Shown here: positions 50,691 to 60,720 of the stretch, piece by piece
Layout: every line of letters starts with the position of its first letter
Position numbering within the stretch: position 1 is the stretch's first letter
IMG/VR virus record: IMGVR_UViG_3300013947_000019
Span: 64,001-128,000 of that record
Reading direction: 5' to 3' (one strand)
Length of the DNA: 64,000 nucleotides
From: a virus
Taxonomy: Duplodnaviria; Caudoviricetes
Notes under the pieces: generated by a model
The model's database searches: none
Told to the model about the DNA's origin: nothing
Seen by the model: the letters and a program-made list of their open reading frames with translations, nothing else
Translations under genes and position numbers: made by a program

Positions 50691-51356
50691 TTACACAAGA
50701 GTCGGTACAGACTTATTCGTAAACAAGTCTGCAGCTCTTTCAGAGAGGTGTGTAAGGTTCTTCATATTCAGTTCCTCACGCACCTGCTTCAGTTTATTAT
50801 CTTTAGCAACTTCCCAGTTGTGAGAACCCTCAGCCTTCATAACAGTTTTCTGCTCATCAGCCAGAGCGATCATAGCTTCCCGATAATCAGCAAATGCTTT
50901 ATTAAAGTTATCAGATGCAACACCATCCAACTTGTCGATCATCTCTTCAACCAGATTACGAATCTTATTAATATCAGGTTCATCCATAACAGAGAGCATT
51001 GCATTCAACCGATATGGATCCATATCCTTCATAGTAGTCAGATCCATCACAGGAAGATTTGTACGAATAAAGTCCAGAATCAACTGTGCCTCTTCAGGCT
51101 TACTCATACAGAGTTCATATACAAGAGAAAGGAGCATGACAGAATTGTTCATGCTCATCTTTTCATTCACTTTGGCAGTCTGCATACGAGCTGTATTACG
51201 TGCAGTCAGCTTATGAAGCTTATATACACGATTCATCAGATTACCAAGACCAATCATAGTGGTCACAGTAATCAGTACTGCACAAATCACTACGATCAGA
51301 ACTACCAGATAATTATCAGAGATAAAACTCTGCAAAGTTCTCCACATGTCATTCAT
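50691..51356 (-). CDS. hypothetical protein with N-terminal membrane anchor
   Basis: YLVVLIVVICAVLITVTTMIGL hydrophobic helix. Confidence 0.65.
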   Translation of the reverse strand: MNDMWRTLQSFISDNYLVVLIVVICAVLITVTTMIGLGNLMNRVYKLHKLTARNTARMQTAKVNEKMSMNNSVMLLSLVYELCMSKPEEAQLILDFIRTNLPVMDLTTMKDMDPYRLNAMLSVMDEPDINKIRNLVEEMIDKLDGVASDNFNKAFADYREAMIALADEQKTVMKAEGSHNWEVAKDNKLKQVREELNMKNLTHLSERAADLFTNKSVPTLV

Positions 51357-52185
51357 CGTTCATATCCTCCTCATTATTGTTAGAGTTTTTATTAGTTTCG
51401 AGAATCGCTTCATTGATCATATCTTCTGCATCAATCAATTTGTCAGGATCAATATCATAAGGTTCACCATTTGGATAGATAACCAACATTGATCCATCTT
51501 CAAACATCGGATTAGATACACCAGGTTTATCACGAATAATAAGAGCCATTTCCATTTCCCATGTGTCTGTACAAGCCATAGCTCGAGAAGGACTCATAGC
51601 CTTATTAATAAGAATACCACGTTTGATGTTATTCATCATATTGGTACCCTCAATACCACTTGCTTTATTCATTGCAAGAGCTTTCAATCTCTTACCATAA
51701 GGAGCAAATGGAGCATCCTTCAAACGAATTCCCATCTTGACAAGTTTATTCAAGAAATCATCATTCGTTCGCAGAGGAGGCATAAAGCTATCACCTTTAG
51801 ATACATCAACAGTCAGCTCTTTGAACTCATCTGGTTCAATATCATTTCCGATAATTGCGGAGACCATGTTCTTTACTTTATCGGGCTTATAATGCTGCGC
51901 TTCATCCCGACGAGGATAGATCATCTTTACATGCCACCTGTTATATTCATCACGCTTCAGATAAATACCAGGTTTACGATGACCCCATGGTTCTCCTTTC
52001 TTAATCACGCCTCGATATGGAAAGATACCTTTTGTCATATCGGTATTGATTCGATATGCCATATTTAACCGGAATAGATCCGGCCCATCCTCTTCAATAT
52101 CTACCAAGTCAGGCATATCTGCTACAGTATACATTGTAGAGTCAATAAAGATGGCATCAAAATCAAGTTTTGATTTGCTGCTCAT
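51349..52185 (-). CDS. hypothetical protein
   Basis: 278-aa ORF, AAGGAG RBS, overlapping operon arrangement. Confidence 0.7.
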   Translation of the reverse strand: MSSKSKLDFDAIFIDSTMYTVADMPDLVDIEEDGPDLFRLNMAYRINTDMTKGIFPYRGVIKKGEPWGHRKPGIYLKRDEYNRWHVKMIYPRRDEAQHYKPDKVKNMVSAIIGNDIEPDEFKELTVDVSKGDSFMPPLRTNDDFLNKLVKMGIRLKDAPFAPYGKRLKALAMNKASGIEGTNMMNNIKRGILINKAMSPSRAMACTDTWEMEMALIIRDKPGVSNPMFEDGSMLVIYPNGEPYDIDPDKLIDAEDMINEAILETNKNSNNNEEDMNDE

Positions 52186-52955
52186 ATAATTACTCCTTGA
52201 TTATTCATTGGTAAGTTATTCCATTGAAACTGTTGTGTTACTGGAGGTTGTTGATTGATTTCATTCTGCTGACTAGTAAACTTATTGATATCTTTCCCAG
52301 TTAATATAGTTAAGAAGTTACGGATATCTCTGATATCTTCACTCACTCGATCAAGTTTATTGTTGATATCGAAATTTTGTTCAACGATATTCAATAATAA
52401 ACTATACACTTGAATGTCCAAATGATGAATGATCTCACAAAATTCCCGTACTTCTTTATGGGTCATACTACCAACAAATATTCCTTTATGCACAATTGTA
52501 ACACCAAATGATTCTGTAGAACCAAAAGCAAATACTGCAGGACTAACCACGATATCACCACTATAGAGTTTCATTTTACGACTGCACTCTTTAGCTACAT
52601 TTTTGTCCATCATGATATATCCATTTGGATCCTTTGTAAATAGCTTTGGGTTCGATAGTTCTTTATAAACTTTCTCTAGTAGATTTATAAAGATATATAT
52701 ACTATCGATTGGTATTGGAAGGAATCCACGTTCCTTCTTTTCTCGGTTATACTGTGGATATGTCATCCCTTTATGAATAACCATACTTGGAATCACTGAT
52801 ATCTTTGGTGCATAGATTAGAACTTTGGCATTTTCTCCAGGAGGAGCCCATTGTCTAAATATATCTAACTCTTCTTTATTTGTATTTGTTTTTGGCGATA
52901 CGACAACAGACCATTCCAGATCAAACCCCTGAAACACCGATGACTTCAGTCTCAT
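52182..52955 (-). CDS. hypothetical protein
   Basis: 257-aa ORF, Q/N-rich tail. Confidence 0.65.
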   Translation of the reverse strand: MRLKSSVFQGFDLEWSVVVSPKTNTNKEELDIFRQWAPPGENAKVLIYAPKISVIPSMVIHKGMTYPQYNREKKERGFLPIPIDSIYIFINLLEKVYKELSNPKLFTKDPNGYIMMDKNVAKECSRKMKLYSGDIVVSPAVFAFGSTESFGVTIVHKGIFVGSMTHKEVREFCEIIHHLDIQVYSLLLNIVEQNFDINNKLDRVSEDIRDIRNFLTILTGKDINKFTSQQNEINQQPPVTQQFQWNNLPMNNQGVII

Positions 52956-53193
52956 CTTCTGTATCCTCTACTTCCTCATCCAACTCTTCTGTTTCTTCAA
53001 CATTATCTGTTACTTCATCATCAACAGCTTCAGGAATAGTTGGAACAGGAGTAAATTCACTCTTATAAATCATACGGATGATATTATCATCTACTTTACC
53101 GATCATACGAATAAAGGTAGTGATTACCAATGCCCATACGACCAGGAATACGATACCTACAACAATGCAGGTAATAATTGTTGATGTGTTCAT
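52921..53193 (-). CDS. small membrane protein with acidic tail
   Basis: N-terminal TM helix, E/D-rich C-terminus, GGAGG RBS after early promoter. Confidence 0.7.
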   Translation of the reverse strand: MNTSTIITCIVVGIVFLVVWALVITTFIRMIGKVDDNIIRMIYKSEFTPVPTIPEAVDDEVTDNVEETEELDEEVEDTEDETEVIGVSGV

Positions 53194-53215
53194 TTGTATA
53201 ATTCCTCCTTATTAG

Positions 53216-53239
53216 TTTCACTTATATAGTATATATCTC
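53216..53239 (-). promoter_or_regulatory. putative early promoter
   Basis: GAGATATATACTATATAAGTGAAA. Confidence 0.7.
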
Positions 53240-54828
53240 TAATCAACGAAGAATAATTTACCTGTTTTGCTTCTATTGATTAGTTCAGCTTTACGCTTAT
53301 CAAACTGCCTCATGGTTTTCATATAACCAGTATTTAATAGTTCGATATATACTACTTGTGATCCATCTTTGAGTTCACGAAGACGACCAGAGATTTGTCT
53401 TGCTGTCAACCAATTACTATATGTACTACAGTAAATGAGCACTTGCAAATTTGGTATATTTGCACCAGTACCAAGACTACTATCCGTAGCAACAATGATA
53501 CGTTTCTCCAGTGCAGCTTCTTTATCAGCTTTCTTCATTCCTCCATAATACACTGATGTTTCTCCAGGAAATACTTCTTCAGCGAGTTTCTGAATATAAT
53601 AAAGAGTATCAATCGACTGAGCCATAAGCATTAGTCGTTTATCTTTACCCATAATCCCTTTAGCCCACTTTAAAAGTACCATAATAGCATCATTATAACT
53701 TTGCCTTTGCCATTCAGGAGAGTTGATCAATTCGCGCTCATACGACTTAGTATTTAATCCAGTCTTATTATTAACCATAGCTCTGATCTGTTGAGGAGTA
53801 GGAGTCCATCGGAACTTCTTAATCATTATTGTAATATGTCTCTCTTCTTTGGTATTAAAGTCTCCACCAAAATGAGGAACATTCTTAAATAATGTTTTAA
53901 AGATCCAGTTCTCTTTCTGCTCTGCTCGACCAGGACTAGCTGACATATAGTAATTGGTATGAAAATTACTGAGTGCTTCGATCATAGATACGGCTCGAAT
54001 ATCACGATGAATTTCATCTATGATTTTGATATATGCACCAGTAGCTCTGAGCATCTCAATTGTTTGAATATTGCCATATCGTTTCTGATAACTTGCAATA
54101 GTATCAGTACTACAGATAAAGACTTGAATATCTTTACATTTTCCTTCTAAGATTTTATTGCAAGCATCAGAACCTTGGATGATCATAATATCATCTTTAT
54201 TAAGTGAAGTAAAGCTTGTAAAAGCATCTAACCATTCACCTAATAGTTTACTAAATGGAACAAAGACAATAACTTTCTTTTTCCAATAAGCTGTTGTAGC
54301 TACACCACAATACGTTTTCCCGAAACCTGTGGGGATATCAATTAGTTGCTGGGACTGTTTAATTGTTGCATACATGCCTTGCCGAGTCATAAACGTTAAT
54401 GCAACCTTTTGAATATCACTCCGAGGAGGAGCATATAATTCAATAGTAGATTCCTGACCAACAAAGGCATCATTCATAACTCGCATTGGATGATTAGGAA
54501 AGAAATTTTTAAGGCGATATAGATCATATCCACGATTGATACGAAACTCTTTATATTCAGGAACATAATACCCTCCGATAAGTTCATATCGGAAGGTCAT
54601 CTTATTCCAAATACTCAGAGATTTTTCGAACTCTCTATTATCGCCCATCTTATAGTCACAAATACTAATGTGGCCATGATGCAAAACAATTTCTTTTGTT
54701 CCTGTATGAATAAATCGATTTTGAATATCGACAGTTTTTCCTATGGGATGTTTGGGTATCAGTCGGATAAACCCATCCTCATCCCGGGGCATGTCTTTGA
54801 GTCTGGGATATGACTCCTGATAATCCAT
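53239..54828 (-). CDS. SF2 (DExH) helicase, UvsW / phiKZ gp75-like, with N-terminal RDEDGFIRLIPK tag
   Basis: PTGFGKT, IIDEIH, MSASP, LGTGANIP, QISGRLR. Confidence 0.9.
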   Translation of the reverse strand: MDYQESYPRLKDMPRDEDGFIRLIPKHPIGKTVDIQNRFIHTGTKEIVLHHGHISICDYKMGDNREFEKSLSIWNKMTFRYELIGGYYVPEYKEFRINRGYDLYRLKNFFPNHPMRVMNDAFVGQESTIELYAPPRSDIQKVALTFMTRQGMYATIKQSQQLIDIPTGFGKTYCGVATTAYWKKKVIVFVPFSKLLGEWLDAFTSFTSLNKDDIMIIQGSDACNKILEGKCKDIQVFICSTDTIASYQKRYGNIQTIEMLRATGAYIKIIDEIHRDIRAVSMIEALSNFHTNYYMSASPGRAEQKENWIFKTLFKNVPHFGGDFNTKEERHITIMIKKFRWTPTPQQIRAMVNNKTGLNTKSYERELINSPEWQRQSYNDAIMVLLKWAKGIMGKDKRLMLMAQSIDTLYYIQKLAEEVFPGETSVYYGGMKKADKEAALEKRIIVATDSSLGTGANIPNLQVLIYCSTYSNWLTARQISGRLRELKDGSQVVYIELLNTGYMKTMRQFDKRKAELINRSKTGKLFFVD

Positions 54829-54839
54829 TTGTATTCACC

Positions 54840-55049
54840 TCATTTGTTTAATTCCGTATGATCGCTATATCTTAATTCACTCTGTTCTTCCAAATATGGA
54901 TATCGAATTGTGCATCTTCTTTGACAAAAGAAATTAGTACAATTATACACATTAGATGAAACATTCTCACGCATACCACAACTTACTGCATAACAACTAT
55001 TGCTTGTATTATATGTACTATAAGTTTGAGAATAATTAGGCGTGTTCAT
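54840..55049 (-). CDS. small Cys-containing hypothetical protein
   Basis: GGAGGTG RBS, 69 aa. Confidence 0.45.
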   Translation of the reverse strand: MNTPNYSQTYSTYNTSNSCYAVSCGMRENVSSNVYNCTNFFCQRRCTIRYPYLEEQSELRYSDHTELNK

Positions 55050-55101
55050 TCACGTCACCTCCTGTTGTATAATGTAGTTAATGAAATTGTAGAAAAAGAA
55101 G

Positions 55102-55125
55102 AGGGAGGAGCCGAAGCCCCTCCCT
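55102..55125 (-). terminator. intrinsic terminator
   Basis: Hairpin with UUCG loop on minus strand followed by T-rich tract. Confidence 0.7.
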
Positions 55126-55134
55126 AATCTTCTA

Positions 55135-55626
55135 TTACTCAACAGAGCTAGACTCCGACTCCACAGTTTCAGTAGGCTCCTCAACCGTAGCCTTGATGTT
55201 CTGGGTCCAGGTATTACGACCAATGGGACCCTTGTCACCCATAGGAGTCACAGAGATGCGACCACCCTTCAGGGACAGATAAGCATTGATGAAATACGCG
55301 GGAGTATTGGTCTCCGTATTCAGGACCACGATAGAAGCAGTAGCACGAATCAGATCATGAGTCTCACGATCAGTACGCACAAAACGCTCCACAGTATACA
55401 GGTCCAGATTGGGATAGTCCTCGCCAGCATGCAGAGGATAGGAGCCCAGCTGGAACAGCTGATTCTCCAGCTCACGACGATCGTTAGCAGTAGCATAATT
55501 GTCCAGGTAGTTACGGGCCTGGACCTCCAGATCAGCAGCGATCTCCTTCTGGAAAGCATCGTACACGGGCTCGGGCTTGGTCTTGTTGTTCCCCTTCTTG
55601 AAATTCTTCTTCTTGTTCAGTTCCAT
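55135..55626 (-). CDS. probably highly expressed hypothetical protein
   Basis: AAGGAGA RBS before ATG 55626; strong codon bias. Confidence 0.75.
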   Translation of the reverse strand: MELNKKKNFKKGNNKTKPEPVYDAFQKEIAADLEVQARNYLDNYATANDRRELENQLFQLGSYPLHAGEDYPNLDLYTVERFVRTDRETHDLIRATASIVVLNTETNTPAYFINAYLSLKGGRISVTPMGDKGPIGRNTWTQNIKATVEEPTETVESESSSVE

Positions 55627-55662
55627 CAGTTTCGTCTCCTTCATGTCAGTAAAGATTTTTAT

Positions 55663-57798
55663 TTAGCAGATAAACCAGTCATATTGACTGGTACCGCACT
55701 TGAGATAGGTACCATATTTACCAGATAACTGTCCACTGGATTCATGGTACAGAATAGATGTGATCGGAGAATGATTTGCAAAGATTGCAGTATCTACCGT
55801 CATAAATTTATATTCAGGTTTTTCCAAACTCCAATCAACAGGTTTACCCTTCGGGTTACAGATCAATTGAGATACCAGCAATTCCTGCTGGAACTCAGGA
55901 AGATGAATACCACCAGCAACAAACAGAGGAATCAGTGTATTCAGAAGATCATCATAATTGGTGAACTCATTAATACGACTAGTACCTTTTAGTATATCCT
56001 GCATAGTATTCAGAGGTTTCGCAATACCGTTGTTCATATACTGATATTCAAACAGAATCTCAGGTTCAGAAATTCCATTATTAATAATATCAGTAAATTT
56101 GATGAGTACAGGTTCATCCGGATTATGATGTGCAATTGCCGGAAGAAATACTTTTAATACGAAGTCAGGAGACAAACAGATAGGAACACCATTCTCCTCA
56201 TGAATAGATACACGAGTATCAGCATTCTTATCATATACAATGATTTCAGAGGTGGATCGGTCGAAGTGTCTACCTTCACCATCCAGTACTTTCTTCATAG
56301 TTGTCAGATGGAACTCAAGATACAGATCATTAATATGCTCTTCTCCATTTAACGAAGCTTCAAGAAGTGCATCATTGAAACGGATCTGTCCAGCTGCCTT
56401 TGTGAAATAAGCATCGAACAGATCATTGAACTCGATATCATTCGTATTAGTATTCAGTGCATGCTTTGCAGACAACAATTTCTGTTCAATCTCGTCAGCA
56501 GAATTCAATCCAGCCAATCTGCCGATATGAATATCTCGATTCAAATTGGCCATCAGTTTTCCATAACAAGCTGAACAAATATACCCTTCATTTCTACGAG
56601 GATGCGTACAAGTAATTGGCGTCTTTATATATAAACGTTTACCAATTAAATTTGTATCATCTGGAGAAATAATAAAGTACTCATCTTCTTTTGGATCCAG
56701 AGTTGCAACTCGTCCTTCCAGTTTTTCAAGCATATCCAAACCAGCAATATCACGAATACGGAAATGCTTAGAATCACACTCCCAATCAGGATCTACATAT
56801 CGAACACCAGATAGAAGCATGGTCAAAGAACGTTCAAATGCACCTGCATCAGAAACGTTCAGTTTCAACACTTCAGCCTTTCGTCCACCATAAGCATCTA
56901 CCATAAATGCTACAGGATGTTTCAATCCTTTAATGATATTAGTATGGTGTGTCATGGGAATCGTATGATCATTTAGGTCAGGTTTATATCCTTGTAAGAC
57001 AAAGAACTCACCAGCTTGACCAGGATTAAACAAACCATTACGAGCATACACAGAAATAGGAAGGTCAGTCTGTTCACCCATGATATTCAGAAGTTTTGCA
57101 GTTTCTTTCTTCTTCAGTTGCTCCAACTCACTCGGTTCGATATCATCAGGGATATCAAAATCACAGTCCATCAGTTTACGAGCATGTTCAGAACGATTTG
57201 CAACTTCCAAGAAATCGTTATTAGAAATAGATAAAGATAACCGATCTCCTGCTTCTGCACACCACAAATTGGTCAGATACTTAGCCCACTCGATCAGTTC
57301 ACTCAGATAACGCATATTACAATTACCACGAGCTTTTGTAATATAGACATTCATCTGCTTATCCCAACCAGAGGCAGTCCACTTCTCAGGAACCCAAGGA
57401 GTCCAGTTCTTCATATCGCACTGCGTCAGGATTGGAATAATGAGCATTGTGTAATTGATAAAGAACTGGAATAAAGGAAGATCAATAGGAACTTGACCAG
57501 GATATACACGAAAACGAATACATTGGCCAAGACCAATATGAGAGATATCACTTCCATACATATTCCGGAAGTGTTTAATCATAGCTCTGGCATTAAATTC
57601 AAAATCTTCCAGAGAATGTTCATAGACATTGACAACTTGATACAGTTGATCAAACATCTCCTGATCCAATTTATCTTCCGTAGAATAGATAAAGATTGGA
57701 TGTGTAAATTTCTTTTTTCTTACTTTCTTTGGGATTAAGTCTTCGACGTGATACCCGAGATAGTCAGCGCTTAATTCCTTTCTCGGTTCTTTGGACAT
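55663..57798 (-). CDS. rpoC: non-virion RNA polymerase beta' subunit C-part (phiKZ gp74-like)
   Basis: GGRKAEVLK..VSDAG (bridge helix), C..KTPITC..ICSACYG (Zn), IGRLAG..EIEQKLLSAKH (trigger loop). Confidence 0.85.
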   Translation of the reverse strand: MSKEPRKELSADYLGYHVEDLIPKKVRKKKFTHPIFIYSTEDKLDQEMFDQLYQVVNVYEHSLEDFEFNARAMIKHFRNMYGSDISHIGLGQCIRFRVYPGQVPIDLPLFQFFINYTMLIIPILTQCDMKNWTPWVPEKWTASGWDKQMNVYITKARGNCNMRYLSELIEWAKYLTNLWCAEAGDRLSLSISNNDFLEVANRSEHARKLMDCDFDIPDDIEPSELEQLKKKETAKLLNIMGEQTDLPISVYARNGLFNPGQAGEFFVLQGYKPDLNDHTIPMTHHTNIIKGLKHPVAFMVDAYGGRKAEVLKLNVSDAGAFERSLTMLLSGVRYVDPDWECDSKHFRIRDIAGLDMLEKLEGRVATLDPKEDEYFIISPDDTNLIGKRLYIKTPITCTHPRRNEGYICSACYGKLMANLNRDIHIGRLAGLNSADEIEQKLLSAKHALNTNTNDIEFNDLFDAYFTKAAGQIRFNDALLEASLNGEEHINDLYLEFHLTTMKKVLDGEGRHFDRSTSEIIVYDKNADTRVSIHEENGVPICLSPDFVLKVFLPAIAHHNPDEPVLIKFTDIINNGISEPEILFEYQYMNNGIAKPLNTMQDILKGTSRINEFTNYDDLLNTLIPLFVAGGIHLPEFQQELLVSQLICNPKGKPVDWSLEKPEYKFMTVDTAIFANHSPITSILYHESSGQLSGKYGTYLKCGTSQYDWFIC

Positions 57799-57827
57799 AT
57801 CGAATTTCCTCCAATACAATAGTATAC

Positions 57828-57850
57828 TTCACATCTATAGTATATAGATG
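57828..57850 (-). promoter_or_regulatory. putative early promoter
   Basis: CATCTATATACTATAGATGTGAA. Confidence 0.6.
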
Positions 57851-57917
57851 TAAACTGTTTATTCAAAATTAAAGTAGCCAGGGAGTGTTTATATGCTCCC
57901 CAGCTACTCTATTTGAA

Positions 57918-59738
57918 TTACAGTTCGCACATGAATCTACACCATTCATCGATTAGAGATAAGTCAGTAGGACGAATCGATAAACCATTCATCTCACTGT
58001 CATACTCTACAACGATAATAGGACAAGATAATGCATTATTCAGTTCTCCATAGAACTTACTCATATTAATCTGATTAATTGTATCTTTAAACTGATCCAC
58101 CCAGTCTTTATAGAGAGGATTATTCTCAAAAGTCTTCGCAACGGCCTTAGGGTTCTTCTTATGCATCTGAGATATCTTGATGGTTCCAGAAATATAATAA
58201 GGAAGATAGTTATAATTACGACGACGTAAGTCACGTTTCATGATCATAATGATCTTAATAATATCTTCAAATTCCATCATCTTGACATCTTCAGATGTTC
58301 CCAAGCTATTACTACAATACAAAGATATCAGATAAAGCTGCGTATCAAACAAGGGCTTCTTGATATTCTTCTGATAAAATTCAAATTCAGCCTGAGTTTC
58401 TTTATCAGGAGAAACTTTATTTGCATCAATAGGATCAGGAACTCGATAGAAGTCCAGACCCACATCTTGTCCTAACATCCAGATCATATGTTTGATAGAA
58501 GCATATGCCCTCAATCGGTCACGCTCTGAATGTTGAGTGCGATCCATCTGCCATCGATCAAATCGACTGATCGATTCATTGACACTATCAGAAGGTTCCA
58601 TCTTCATGTCAGACATCTCATATTTATCAGGTTGAATCAATTCATTTCGAATCGATTTATCAAAACAAACATGAATAAAGATAATAGCTGACTGATTAAA
58701 TACAACCTTCTGAACAATATCATTCATATAATCTCGCATCAGCGTATAGGTAAAGTTTGTTGTTCCTTTACCAAAACGTTCACGACGTTTCCACATCAGA
58801 ACCTCACGATTCTCAGTCTTACTGATACGAGTGGTAGCAGTATGATACAGCTTCTCATAGAGATTAATATCATAATGCTTATCGAACAAATCAGTGAATG
58901 TCTGGAATACCTGGAAATAGAGATCCTTATCAGACATACCAGCCTCTTCTACTTCTTTTCTTCTAATTGCATAATAATGAGATGCAATCGGGATTACAAA
59001 ACGAGTAAAGATACTGGTACCCATGATAGCCTTCAAATGTTCTACTGTTAACTGAATAGATTCATCATACTGACGATCTGTTTTCTTAATCAATGTCTCA
59101 TCAGTATTATACTCCACCATTGCAATTACCTTCTGAACCATTGATTTACTTGCTAAAGTTGCATAGATAGAATCAATGAATTCAGTAACGGGTAATTCGA
59201 CAGACTGTAAGTGGAGTTGAATCATAAACTTAAAATACGCCTGCATAAGCTCATCATCGTCATCAAAATATTCAATGAAATAGTTTATGTAGCGTATGGT
59301 CAGATTCATATTATTGATGAACGATTTTTTGCTAATTTCTGCATAAGATAGTTTACGAATAGTAGGATTCTCTCCATTGTCATCGGTATACATGCGATAA
59401 CCATCCAACATCTCTCCAAAGTTGAATTTCACATATTTACCTGCATTCACTGATTTGATATATTCTCCAACTCTACAATGTTCATAGAATCGCTGCAAAG
59501 CTTCTGGACTTAAGTCATTCTTCTTAAACCCATCATCCACAAGAGGAATTGTCCTCTCCTTTAATCGCCTCGCAATAATATCGGGAGGTAGTTTGCCGCT
59601 AGTAGTTAACTCGATCTTCTCAATCGAACTCTTCTTATCATCTCCTGGTACAATAATTTTCTTTTTTGGTGATACATCAACTGTATCATCATTTTGCGCA
59701 AAGAGGGTTTGGGCAAGGTTCTTTATTTTCTTTGCCAT
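57918..59738 (-). CDS. probable nvRNAP promoter-specificity (sigma-like) subunit, phiKZ gp68 / AR9 gp226-like
   Basis: 606-aa helical protein, early promoter, upstream of beta'-C and helicase; assignment mainly by size and synteny. Confidence 0.5.
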   Translation of the reverse strand: MAKKIKNLAQTLFAQNDDTVDVSPKKKIIVPGDDKKSSIEKIELTTSGKLPPDIIARRLKERTIPLVDDGFKKNDLSPEALQRFYEHCRVGEYIKSVNAGKYVKFNFGEMLDGYRMYTDDNGENPTIRKLSYAEISKKSFINNMNLTIRYINYFIEYFDDDDELMQAYFKFMIQLHLQSVELPVTEFIDSIYATLASKSMVQKVIAMVEYNTDETLIKKTDRQYDESIQLTVEHLKAIMGTSIFTRFVIPIASHYYAIRRKEVEEAGMSDKDLYFQVFQTFTDLFDKHYDINLYEKLYHTATTRISKTENREVLMWKRRERFGKGTTNFTYTLMRDYMNDIVQKVVFNQSAIIFIHVCFDKSIRNELIQPDKYEMSDMKMEPSDSVNESISRFDRWQMDRTQHSERDRLRAYASIKHMIWMLGQDVGLDFYRVPDPIDANKVSPDKETQAEFEFYQKNIKKPLFDTQLYLISLYCSNSLGTSEDVKMMEFEDIIKIIMIMKRDLRRRNYNYLPYYISGTIKISQMHKKNPKAVAKTFENNPLYKDWVDQFKDTINQINMSKFYGELNNALSCPIIVVEYDSEMNGLSIRPTDLSLIDEWCRFMCEL

Positions 59739-59762
59739 AGTATCTTACTCCTCCTATTTAAT

Positions 59763-59787
59763 TCATATCTATAATATATAGATAAAA
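59763..59787 (-). promoter_or_regulatory. putative early promoter
   Basis: TTTTATCTATATATTATAGATATGA. Confidence 0.6.
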
Positions 59788-59812
59788 AGTTGTCGCCAAA
59801 AGTTAGTACATG

Positions 59813-60661
59813 TTATTTTCCAGTAGATCTCGGTTTCCTCATACCACTGGGTTTACGTGCACTAATCGGGGCTTTTGGTTTCAACACATTTCGCGTATTA
59901 TTCAAACGACGAAGCTTAGTTTCATGCTCTTTGAAAATAGCTTGCTCTTTTGCTTTTTCGCGCTTCTTTTTATCTGCTTCTTTTCGAGCAATCTTTTTCC
60001 GTTCTTCCATGAGTTTATCGAACTCAGGAATAGAAGTCATCAACTGATTCTCAGTAATTCTTTTAGCTTGTCTCTGTAACTGAGGAAGGGTAGTGACATC
60101 TTCCAGATAAATAATTGCCAGATAGATAGATGAATCAAATAAAGGTAAGTTATGTGGGTTACGAACAACAGGAGGATTTTTAAGTACTTCATCTCCAAGC
60201 TTCTTTTCAGCAGCTGGAATGAGGAGCCGATCTGCAGGGATCTTCCCCTGCAGTTTATTAATAAGTAAACCAGGACCTTTTCTGGATTTCTTAGGATCGA
60301 TTGTCTGTCCTTCTGGATCTAAGTGATAGAATACATATGCGTATGAATATACAAAAGATGGACTATCACTAAAGATCTTAACATGACAATCTCTGATAGT
60401 AACTGCATTCTTCAAAGGTTCTAATTCGAGCAGTACATCATAATAGAATTTTGTAGCCAAGCTACGAGAGGGAACTTTCACATGAACAATCATTCGATCT
60501 CCAGGAGTAACAGTATATACTGCATGTAAAAAAGGTTTCACATTATTCTTAGACATCTCATCATATCGCTCACGCATTTCTTCGATAAAACCTTTCATAG
60601 GGATCTTAATAGATCCTTTCCCCACTGAAACATTATCGAGCATGAATTCTTTCAGTAACAT
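59813..60661 (-). CDS. hypothetical protein (possible degenerate SWIM-like family), basic C-terminus
   Basis: VKVPS..YDVLLE..VKIFSDSPSFVYSYAY..PPVVRNP. Confidence 0.6.
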   Translation of the reverse strand: MLLKEFMLDNVSVGKGSIKIPMKGFIEEMRERYDEMSKNNVKPFLHAVYTVTPGDRMIVHVKVPSRSLATKFYYDVLLELEPLKNAVTIRDCHVKIFSDSPSFVYSYAYVFYHLDPEGQTIDPKKSRKGPGLLINKLQGKIPADRLLIPAAEKKLGDEVLKNPPVVRNPHNLPLFDSSIYLAIIYLEDVTTLPQLQRQAKRITENQLMTSIPEFDKLMEERKKIARKEADKKKREKAKEQAIFKEHETKLRRLNNTRNVLKPKAPISARKPSGMRKPRSTGK

Positions 60662-60720
60662 CCTCTACCCTCCTTCTCCGATAACAAAAAGAACCGTACT
60701 ATTAAGACATAATAGTACTG

